This document shows, piece by piece, positions 39,246 through 49,666 of a stretch of DNA of 64,000 nucleotides (positions within the stretch are counted from its first letter, which is position 1; each line of letters starts with the position of its first letter). The notes below the pieces were generated by a model. That model was not told the DNA's origin. It ran no database searches and was given only the letters and a program-made list of their open reading frames with translations. This DNA comes from Mobula hypostoma (lineage: Eukaryota): assembly GCF_963921235.1 (NCBI RefSeq), contig NC_086118.1, positions 1,116,001-1,180,000 of the forward strand, given 5' to 3'. The position numbers and the translations under genes were made by a program.

Positions 39246-42038
39246 AAAAAAAACTCTAATTCTAATTCAGGGAGCAACACAGTCTCGGTGATAAATGATA
39301 AAAGGAGATCGGTTATAATGTGCTTGCATCTGAACATACACATCACTTTGCCAGAAACACAGCAACATGCTATGGGAATAAATGAGGAATTAAAGAATAC
39401 AATACTGGCTGTTCTGGGTAATAACAATAGGGATCCCAAAAGATGAGTTACCTAAATGTTACCGGGGAAAGGAGAGCACCGTGCTGCATTATAAACGGTG
39501 AATGGCATTCCAAGGATCAACAACAAATCTAGAATATTTAGAGTCAGCATCCACAAATAGACAGTTAAGAATATTAGTGTCTCATAGCACCAACAAATCT
39601 AGAAAGATGTGGGAACTGCTTGATCCCAGTGACCCTACACATACCGAGGCACGGGTACTTAGGAAAATGATTAGAGCATAGGAGAAGGAAGTGCAGGAGT
39701 TAATTCTAATTTTAGGAATGCCTCAGAGGCAGCTGAAGTGTCTTCCCTTCGAGAAAATACACAGGATATCTTGTGGGGAAATGCAGGGCTAGGGAGAAGC
39801 CAGCAGAGCAACTGTAGAAAGGAAGTAACACAGTGCTGGGGTATGCCTTCACCCAGTCAGGGAAGCCATTGTCAGGAGCAGTACAGCGCTCAGATCTGCT
39901 GTTTCATCCATTATGCCCGGAACTGTACTGCAAGCAGTTCATACAATTCAAAACCTAACAAAAATGAGATTGGAGTCCACGATTATAATATGTTGGTTAA
40001 TGCAGGAATTTCATGCTTTAAACTTGTTGAATTTTGTTTACTTGTGCATGATGAATAACTTCCAACATTTCTTTGTTTTAAAGTCTTAGAGTAACACATT
40101 TCCTCAAAGTTGTTGAATTGTAACTGAATATTGTTGTAATGGTTTAACACTTAAGAGCAAGAGATTTTCTGAAATAAGTGTGAATGGTTTGCATGTTTCT
40201 AATGTGTAAAGTGTAGCCACACTAACTTTATTTGAGGGAGTGTATGTGTTTGAGAGAGAGGCAGAGAGGGTTGGAGATAGCGAACAAAGGCTTTTTTTTA
40301 AGATACTGTGCCTTTAACAGGTTGCAATGTGTTAATGTGTCAGGGGCCTCCACCTAGCAGTCCCCCCACCCTCTTCTTCGGTTCTTTGAAAAATGTGTGA
40401 AAGCTTTTCATGGTGGGAGTTAACCGTCAATTTTAATTTTTTCAGCTACTTGCGAGGAAGAACAATGCAGGCATTTTTTTTTGTTTTGTCTTGTCCGTTG
40501 GTTTCAATTTTGTTTCTTTTTTCCATGGATTTGATTTTGGAGAACCTCAGATTCCATACTGGCCAGATGTAATCTGGGGTGAGGTGAAAATTTGTGCATC
40601 TGTATTCCAGATATGAGATGCCTACATTTCTGAGGGAAATGACCATTTGGGGGAAATTGCTCATTGGTAGATGATTAAATTCTGAATTTGAAATTAACAA
40701 TTTTGGAAAGATTCGAATACTTTTGGGAACAATTCTAAAAGTTGCTTTACTAATAAGACTTCCTTTTTTAAAGAACATAAAAGATGTTCTCCGAGGACTA
40801 TGCCATATTGATTTTGAGTTTGAGATTACTTGAAAAATAGCTTTGATGCAATCAGTTTTTTGTCATGTAAAATACAAATGGAAAGTGGTAAAGAGTTTCC
40901 CTGGGGGGTTCACTCTAATACAGTACATGGATAACCTCCTGCTGACCTTCCCAAGCAAGAAAATTTGTGAGCAGGACTCCCTCTAACCTTTTACATAAAC
41001 TAGCTAAGAAAGGTCAAAGTACCAAAGCAGAAACTACAGTTTGTAGAAGCTGAAGTTACTTATCTGGGACAAACCCTATCCCAGAACACAAGGTCATTGA
41101 AGCAATAATTAAAGCACCATAGACAACGACTCAGGGAAATGAAGCATTTCCTGGGGACGACTGGGTATTGCAGACAGTAGATTTTAGATTACGTCACTTC
41201 TGTCCGGCCCCTCCAGAAAAGACCTTTTCCTAGCCAACCAGATCCGTTATGCTGGACCCCAGAAGCTGAGGAAGCAGTTAAAAGAAGCAATGATATTCTC
41301 CTCAGCTTTGGGCCTCCCAGACTATGGTCAGTATGACAGGAGTCTAAACAGACTGTGATTATTAAATGTGCAGCACATACTGGGGAGTTGGATGAGCTCT
41401 CCAAGGCCAAAAAAGAAGCAGATTGTTTCAAAAGAGGCAGCAATTAGGCCACCCCTTGTTGTGCCAGAAACAAGCACCCCAAGCAGTTGGCCCTGATGAC
41501 ATCTCTACTGTGGAGGATATATGAGCATACCAGCCCACTGCTCCATCCGACGAGAGGGTAAAACCTGGGTTGTAAGCAGCACGATGGCATGTGGCTTCAC
41601 CCTGATGAACTCACTGTGGCCCCAGGTAAACTGGTACCATGGGTTGCCTGATGTGTTCACAGGTTCACACATGCGGGCAAGAGGCGAATGACTAATCAAA
41701 TAAACCAAACTTGGTATGCCCCTGGAGTATCTCAAGTTGCAGAGCAAATCTGTAGACCATGTGTGACATGTGCTTTACATAAACTGGGAAAATGGTACAA
41801 GTAACAGGGGCTCATACCCCACCATCAGATAGCTCTTTTGTACACTTACAGATGGACTTTATTGAATTGACTCAATGTGAAGGGTACAAGTAGGTATTAA
41901 TCATTATTGAGGTGTTCTCACGATGGGTTGAAGCATTTCCTTGTAGAAAGAATGATGCAGTTACCAGTAGCAAAATGTTTGTTAAAGGAAATAATCCCGC
42001 AATTTGGGATTCCCTGGAAACGATCTAGTGACAGCTAT

Positions 42039-42759
42039 CATCAAAGTTGCTGGTGAACGCAGCAGGCCAGGCAGCATCTCTAGGAAGAGGTACGGTCGAC
42101 GTTTCGGGCCGAGACCCTTCGTCAGGACTAATTAAGGAAGAGCTAGTAAGAGATTTGAAAGTGGGAGGGGGAGGGGGAGATCCAAAATGATAGGAGAAGA
42201 CAGGAGGGGGAGGGATGGAGCCAAGAGCTGGACAGGTAATTGGCAAAGGGGATATGAGAGGATCAAGGGACAGGAGGCCCAGGGAGAAGGAAAAGGGGGA
42301 GGGGGGAACCCAGATGATGGGCAAGGGGTATAGTGAAAGGGACAGAGGGAGAAAAAGGAGAGAGAGAAAGAATGTGTGTATATAAATAAGTAATAAATCT
42401 TTTTCTCCCTCTGTCCCTCTCACTATACCCCTTGCCCATCCTCTGGGTTCCCCCCCTCCCCCTTTTCCTTCTCCCTGGGCCTCCTGTCCCTTGATCCTCT
42501 CATATCCCTTTTGCCAATCACCTGTCCAGCTCTTGGCTCCATCCCTCCCCCTCCTGTCTTCTCCTATCATTTTGGATCTCCCCCTCCCACTTTCAAATCT
42601 CTTACTAGCTCTTCCTTCAGTTAGTCCTGACCAAGGGTCTCGGCCCGAAACGTCGACCGTACCTCTTCCTAGAGATGCTGCCTGGCCTGCTGCGTTCACC
42701 AGCAACTTTGATGTGTGTTGCTTGAATTTCCAGCATCTGCAGAATTCCTCGTGTTTACG
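42039..42759. mobile_element. Fold-back (inverted pair) of the hammerhead-bearing Penelope-derived element, inserted in the ERV integrase
   Basis: Arms ~42039-42357 and ~42398-42713 are reverse complements; 13-bp TSD TAGTGACA(g/a)CTAT at 42026-42038 and 42760-42772. Confidence 0.9.
42093..42130 (-). ncRNA. Minimal type I hammerhead ribozyme motif, intact core
   Basis: UAGUC-CUGACGA-A-GGGU(CUCG)GCCC-GAAACGUC-GACCG: stem I, conserved core, stem II, palindromic ACGU stem III, GUC cleavage triplet. Confidence 0.75.
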
Positions 42760-43948
42760 TAGTGACAACTATACCCATTTTATTGGTAAAGTAATTAAAG
42801 TATGCAAAGCCTTAGAGGTGGATCAACATTTTCATCCTCAGTCAGTGGGTCTAGTGGAAAGGATGAACAGAACAATTAAAAATAAACTTAGCAAATGTGA
42901 GAAGAAAGTGGACCAAAGTGGAAACAGGTGCTGCCTTTGGTTCTGATGACCATTCAAGCCACTGCTAATAGAACCACTGGCTTGTCCCCACATGAAATCA
43001 TAATGGGATGGCCCCTGTGCCTACCGTCTGACCAGCCACTGGGAGTTAAGTAGCCGGATGTGGATAACCTGGACGAGGGTATGCTGAGGTTATTGCCCTA
43101 ACAAAAAAGCATTACCAAATATCATCCACAGGTAAAGGAAGCCCAGGAACCAACAGCAGACACCATGACATCGAGCCAGGAGATCACGTCGTGGTGCGGA
43201 CATTTAAAAGAAAGAACTGCTGGAACCTTGATTTGAAGGACCCTTTCAGGGAATTCTGGTCACTAATACAGCCATCAAGGTAAGAAAAAAGCTGTCATGG
43301 ATTCACGCTTCTCACTGTAAGAAGGTGAGATGTGAGGAAAAATATAAAACCACTAACAGTCCCAACGACAGCAGTTGTTTCAGCCCTCATCTTTTCTATG
43401 ACATATCTTACTGCCATTTCTTACAAATGGGCAAACAGGACCAATGCTCTAAACTGCTGGGTTTTTATGGATGTCCAAGCACATGTGGAAATGGGTGTGC
43501 CCTTTAATGGAACAGACCCTCTGCCTTGGACATGTTGGTACAATGGTGTTGATACTTAGAAACATAAACCCTTCTTCTCTTTATTGGTACAGCCAGAATG
43601 TCACTGGGGGAAGATGGGGATACAAATTTGGAAACAAGCAGTGTTTTACAGGATGATGTACATCTTCATACAACAATGCCAACTCCAAAATAAAAGGAGT
43701 TGTCCTGGGGAAGGTAACACTTGCCTATAGAACTAGTAAAGCAGTGTGGGAACTAATTAAGATGGCATTAGCCCTGGGAAAGTTAGCAAATGAAAATGCA
43801 TATGCTCTCTTTCAAATCCAACAAGCAATACCTAAATGGTCTGCAGAATTGGTGGCAGTTTGCACAGTGGCACTGCAAAACTGAACAGCTTTGGACTTCA
43901 GTCAAGTTTTATCCAAGAAAGGAGGCATATGTGACCTGATTCAGCATG

Positions 43949-46281
43949 TTACTGAACCTACAAGGGAACATGCCATCTTAGATCTGATCCCGCGCAATGA
44001 GACAGGTAAAATTAGTGATCTTGTAGGTAGGGATCCTCTTGGAAAGAGTGATCACAGTATGACTGAGTTTCTCATACAAGTGGAAGGTACAATAGTTCAA
44101 AGCATTATGCCTACACAATAGAGACTACAATGGATGAAAGAGGATTTGGCTAGTGTTGATTGGGAACACCATAGTGTATATGGTGGGGCGGTTGAGGGAC
44201 AGTGGAAGACTTTCAAAGAGATATTTCACAGTGCTCAAAAAAAGTATATTCCAGTTAAAAGCAAGGACAGTAAGAGTGGAGAGAGCCAGCTTTGGATAAC
44301 TAAGGGAATAAAAGGCGGCATCAAACTAAAAGCTCGTGCATACAAAGTCACCAGGAATAGTGGGAAACGGGAAGACTGGAAAAACTTTAAAAAGCAACAA
44401 GGAACCACTAAGCAAGTAATAAAGGTAAGATGGATTATGAAAATAAACACAATATAAAAACAGAGTAAAAGTTTTATATAAAGTGGAAAAGGGTGGCTAA
44501 AGTGAATGTAGTTCCCTTGGAAGACTAGAAGGGGGAATAGATATTTGGTAATGAGGAAATGGCCGAGGCTTTGAATGACTATTTTGTGTCGGTCTTCACG
44601 GTGGAGGACACGTCCAACATGCTAAAGAGAGATGTTATGGATGCGATGGGAGGTGAGGACCTTGATACAATTGCTATCACTAAAGAGGTAGTGCTGAGCA
44701 AACTTGTGGGCCTAAAGATAGACAAGTCCCTGGTTCTGATGGAATGCATCCCTGGGTACTGAAAGAAATGGCACAAGTTACAGCAGAGGCTTTGGTGATA
44801 ATTTACCAAAATTCTCTGGACTCTGGGCAGGTCCCGGCAGGATTGGAAGACAGCAAATATCACACCACTGTTCAAAAAAGGATGTAGGCAAAAGGCAGGT
44901 AACTATACGCCAGCTAGGTTAACATCTGTAGTTGGGAAAATGCTTGAAGCTATCATTAGAGTAGTAATAGCAAGGCATCTGGAAAGAAATGGATCCATCA
45001 GGCAGATGCAGCATGGATTCAGCAAAGGCGGGTCCTGTTTGACAGACTTACTGGAGTTCTTTGAGGATATAATGAGCACAGTGGATAAAGAAAACAGATG
45101 GACGTTATTTATTTAGATTTCTGGGAGGCGCTTGATAAGGTGCCGCATAAAAAGACATCCATAAGATAAGGATGCAGAGAGTTGGGGGTGATGTATTAGC
45201 ATGGATAGAGGATTGGTTAACTAATAAAAAGAAGAGCATTGGGATACATAGGTGTTACTCTGGTTGGCAGTCAGTGGTGAGTGGAGTGCCGCAGGGGTCG
45301 GTGCTGGGCCAGCAACTGTTCACGATATACTTTAACAATCTGCAAGAGGGACCGAGTGTGGTGTATCTAAGTTTGCCGATGATACTAAATTCAGTGGAAA
45401 AGCAAATTGTGCAGAAGATATGGAGTGCCTGCAGAGAGATATAGATAAGTTAAGTGAGTGGGCAAGGGTCGGCCAGATGGAGTACAATGTTGGTAAATGC
45501 AAGGTCATCCACTCCGGAAGGAGAAATGTTAGAGCAGATTATTATTTAAACAGTAAAAAATTGCAGCATGCTGCCGTGCAGAGGGACTTGGGAGTGCTTG
45601 TGCATGGATCACAAAAGGTTGGTTTGTAGGCGCAGCAGGCTATCAAGGCAAATGGAACGTTGGCCTTCATTGCTAGAGGGATTGCTAGAGCAGGGAGGTT
45701 ATGCTGCAACTGTTGAGGCCGCACCTGGAGTACTGTGTGTAGTTCTGGTCTCCTTACTTGAGGAAGGATATACTGGCTTTGAAGGTGGTGCAGAGGAGGT
45801 TCACCAGGTTGATTCCAGAGATGAGGGGTTTAGTCTATTGGGAGAGATTGAGTTGCCTGGGACTATACTCGCTGGGATTCAGAAAGGTGAAAGGAGACCT
45901 GATAGAAACATATAAAATTATGAAAAGGATAGAGAAGATAGAGGCAGGAAAGTTGTTTCCACTGGAAGGCAAGACTAGAACTAGGGGACGTAGCCTAAAG
46001 ATTCAGGGGAGTAGATTTAGGATAGAGATGAGGAGGAACTGCTTTTCCCAGAGAGTGGTGAATCTGTGGAATTCTATGCCCAATGAGACAGTGGGGCTAC
46101 CTCAGTAAATATGTTTAAGACGAGGTTGGATACATTTTTGCATAGTAGGGGAATTAGGGTTATGGGAAAAAGGTAGGTAGGTGGAGATGAGTCTATGCTC
46201 AGATTAGCCATGATCTTATTGAATGGTGGAGCAGGCTCGATGGATCGTATGGCCTACTCCTGCTCCTATTTCCCATGTTCT
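43949..46281 (+). mobile_element. 5'-truncated CR1-type LINE inserted in ERV env
   Basis: VTEPTREHAILDL, GKSDH, GVPQGSVLG, KFADDTK, RRNCFSQRVVNLWNS; flanked by CATG at 43945-43948 and 46282-46285. Confidence 0.9.
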
Positions 46282-46667
46282 CATGAATGTTGTATTTGTA
46301 TACCAGATGAATCCAAAGACGTGACTCATTTTGCGGTTCGTATCCAAGAGACCATTGAAAAGATTAAGTGGGAGATCAGTTTCACAATTATAACACTCCA
46401 GGAAGAGGATGGAAGGCGACCATCCTACATTATGATATAATCATTGGTATAATTCTTTGGTGATTTTTGTGTAGTATAGGACCAAAGAGGAGAGAATATT
46501 GAAAATGGGTACTCATTGATCCGGACTCGGAAAAAGGGAGTTTGTTTAGCTAAAGTATTGAGACTGCATCATTACTTGAATATTTGAAATCACTTTGATG
46601 ACTGTATTCATACCTTGACAATTGTGTTTTGATGATTATGGTGTTGTCAATGACAAAAAGGAAGGAA

Positions 46668-47122
46668 TCGAATCTGTAACACTGAAATCTTTATGAATTT
46701 GTAACTTTTGTAAAATGTAATGTAACAAAATAGAACCCATGAAATCTGAAGGTGCTTTGCAGGCTTGGATGGGAGGCTTACAAGTCAGAGTTTTAAGATA
46801 AAAAGCTACATGTTCTTCTTATTTTGGAGATATGTTGTATGGCGGAGGGAGGGGGGGGGAAGAGATGTTTTGGCAATAGAGGCAAACAGGAGAGAGCTTC
46901 TAAAGAACAAATGTCAGAACTAGTTAAGGATGAAGATAATGCAGGAATGGAGTAACCTAATTACTGTTCTGTGAAAGGTATGAAAGTGCTTTGTTTGAGA
47001 CACCAGATGAAGCTATTTTCCAGGCAAAACAGCTGGAAAATAGAACTTCCCTTGCAAGTAAAATAATAAATGTGTTATAATTTGATCTACTCTAAATGTG
47101 TTGTAGTTTGTAACTTTATATT
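46668..47122 (+). mobile_element. Probable ERV 3' LTR (duplicated at ~50708-51162)
   Basis: Follows purine tract AAAAAGGAAGGAA (46655-46667); AATAAA at 47065; no clean TG..CA termini and no 5' partner found. Confidence 0.45.
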
Positions 47123-47876
47123 AGAAGATCTAGCTGAATGGTACATGACATCCATCTGCACCTCAGATTTTTCAAATTTCTGCCTGTTTAGAAAATAGTC
47201 TATGCTTTTGTTCCTTCTGCTAAGTGCATGGCCATACACTTCCCAACACTGTCTTCATTTGCCACTTTTGCCCATTCTCCTAATCTGTCAAAATCCTTCT
47301 GCAGCCTCCCTGCTCCATTAACATTACCTGCCCTTTTCCTATCTTCGTATTGTTCGCAAACTTGGCTACAAAACCATCAATTCCATCATCCAAATCTTTG
47401 ACATATACGTAAAAAGTGGTCCCAACAACTACCCCTGCGGAACATCAATAGTCGCCAGCAGCCAACCAGAAAAGTCTCCCTTTATTTCTGCTCTTTGTCT
47501 TCTGTTAATCAGCCAATGCTCTATCCATACTAGTATCAGTCCTGTAACACCATGGTCCCTTGTCTTGTTTAGGCAGCCTCAAGTGCAGCACCTTGTCAAA
47601 GGCCTTCTGAAAATCCAAGTAAACAACTTCCACTGATTCTCCTTTGTCCATCATGCTTGTTATTTAGGTGCTTCACCATTTCATTCCTGCGTGATGGATT
47701 GCCAGATTTCTTTGACCTAAATAAATCCTCTAATGTACCTTAATTATAACCAAAAATAGGGTTATCACTTAATATTAGAGCTCTGCAGAGCCGTTGTGAG
47801 TTTTTCAAACAATACTTCCACTCTTCTAAATAACTTGCAGGCACCAATATCAAATTCCCAAGACTTTCCCGGTGAA

Positions 47877-48518
47877 GCAGATGACACAAAGGTTGGTGGT
47901 GTTGTAGGTAGTGTAGAGGATTGTCGAAGGTTGCAGAGAGACATTGATAGGATGCAGAAGTGGGCTGAGAAGTGACAGATAGAGTTCAACCTGGAGAAGT
48001 GTGAGGTGGTACACTTTGGAAGGACAAACTCCAAGGCAGAGTACAAAGTAAATGGCAGGATACTTGGTAGTGTGGAGGAGCAGAGGGATCTGGGGGTACA
48101 TGTCCACAGGTCCCTGAAAGTTGCTTCACAGGCGGATAGGGTAGTTAAGAAAGCTTATGGGGTGTTAGCTTTCATAAGTCGAGGGATAGAGTTTAACAGT
48201 CGCGAGGTAATGATGGAGCTCTGTAAAACTCTGGTTAGGCCACACTCTGGTCACCTCACTACAGGAAGGATGTGGAAGCATTGGAAAGGGTACAGAGGAG
48301 ATTTACCAGGATGCTGCCTGGTTTAGAGAGTATGCATTATGATCAGAGATTAAGGGAGCTAGGGCTTTACTCTTTGGAGAGAAGGAGGATGAGAGGAGAC
48401 ATGATAGAGGTGTACAAGATATTAAGAGGAATAGAGAGAGTGGATAGCCGGCGTTTCTTCCCCGGGGCACCACTGCTCAATACAAGAGGACATGGCTTTA
48501 AGGTAAGGCGTGGGAAGT
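47877..48518 (+). mobile_element. CR1-type LINE fragment (duplicated at 51917-52558)
   Basis: ADDTKVGG, HFGRTN, ALERVQRRFTRMLPG. Confidence 0.85.
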
Positions 48519-48770
48519 GGGGTCACAGACGGAGTGATTACTTTGCAGATCTCCCGTGTTCAGTCTGCAGGAGGAACCCTGAACTTTGGGTTGCCTGCCA
48601 CTTTAATTCTCCATCCCACTTTGACCTTTATCTCTGGCCTCCTGCACTGTTATAACAAAGTCTAACGCGACTCAAGGGACAGCAGCTCATCTTGCGCCTG
48701 GGCATATCATAGCCTTTAAGGCTCACTCATTACGTTCATTACTTTCAGGCTCACTCATGATGTTCTCCAG

Positions 48771-49015
48771 GTGTGGCATGGTAGCACAGCGGTTAGTGTA
48801 ACACTGTACAGCGCCAGTGAAGCAGGGTCAGTGCTACCACTGCCTGTACGGAGTTAGTATGTTCTCCTCATGACTATGTGGGTTTCCTCTGGATGTCCCC
48901 GTTTCCTCCCACATTCCAAAGATGGACGGGTTAGTAGGTTAATTGGTCACATGGTGTAATTGAGCAGCACAGAAACATTGGGCCAGAAGGGCCTGTTACT
49001 ATATTGCATCTCTAA
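48771..49015 (+). mobile_element. tRNA-derived SINE (duplicated at ~52811-53056)
   Basis: GGCATGGTAGCACAGCGGTTAG head; GTGGGTTTCCTCTGG..TTCCTCCCACATTCCAAAGA core. Confidence 0.7.
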
Positions 49016-49635
49016 ATATTCACCACTCCACTCCCAAACCCATACCAGAACTAACTGTTTCTTCCAATTATCCATATGATATCCTGGCAGTTTTTCCTCT
49101 CTCCACTAGTATAGTCTGGCCTTCAATACGCCCCATAGCCCTGCTATTAATATTTGTGCTCCCCCACCTTCTCTGCAAGTGGTAATGCTGTCTGACTTAC
49201 TCAGTGCTTCTTGTATTTTCTGGTTTTATTTCAAGTTCTTAGTCTTCCCTTGGAACTGGTTCTGTTATTTCCAGAATTCTGAGCTCCAACATACCATAAA
49301 GCACTGCCTGAGTCAGTGGTGGAGGCAGATACACTAGTGAAGTTTAAGAGACTATTAGACAGGTATATGGAGGAATTTAAGGTGGGGGGTTATATGGCAG
49401 GCAGGGTTTAAGGGTCAGCACAACATTGTGGGCTGAAGGGCCTGTACTGTACTGTGTTATGTTCTATAACTTTGGCAATTTTACTATGCACTTTAAAGGC
49501 ACATGTGTACTCCAATTAAGCCAGCACTGTATTTAATCTTTTCTTTGAACCATTCACCTCACCAGGTCATCTCCACATAAAATGCACACGAGCTCATGAC
49601 ATTGCTTTTCTACGAACAGCAACAAAAGGACTTAC

Positions 49636-49666
49636 CTTTGCTTGCTGGTTATCCAGATAATCTTTG
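49636..49666 (-). pseudogene. Duplicated 3' 31 nt of the 55-nt LLGL2 exon, with its GT donor but not its acceptor
   Basis: Identical to 53677-53707; lies at the tandem-duplication junction. Confidence 0.9.

Larger units (their letters stand above)
37790..47122 (+). mobile_element. Decayed endogenous retrovirus, class I/epsilon-like (gag, partial pol, env, probable 3' LTR), antisense to LLGL2
   Basis: PPY-like and HYARNC gag relics; RT LIQYMDNLLL (40915-40944), VTYLGQ, FLGTTGYCRQ; RNase H IIKCAAHT; integrase HLQMDFIEL, FSRWVEAFP, SDN.THF, HPQSVGLVERMNRTIK; env VALQN..ALD and CX6CC. Confidence 0.85.

Noticed and set aside
42025-42768. 247-aa ORF and the similar peptides near 16010, 19445 and 31574
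   Set aside because: Chance translations of the non-coding Penelope-derived repeat on both strands.
43330-46480. Domesticated (syncytin-like) env gene
   Set aside because: Stops, frameshifts, apparent deletions and a CR1 insertion; no intact ORF.
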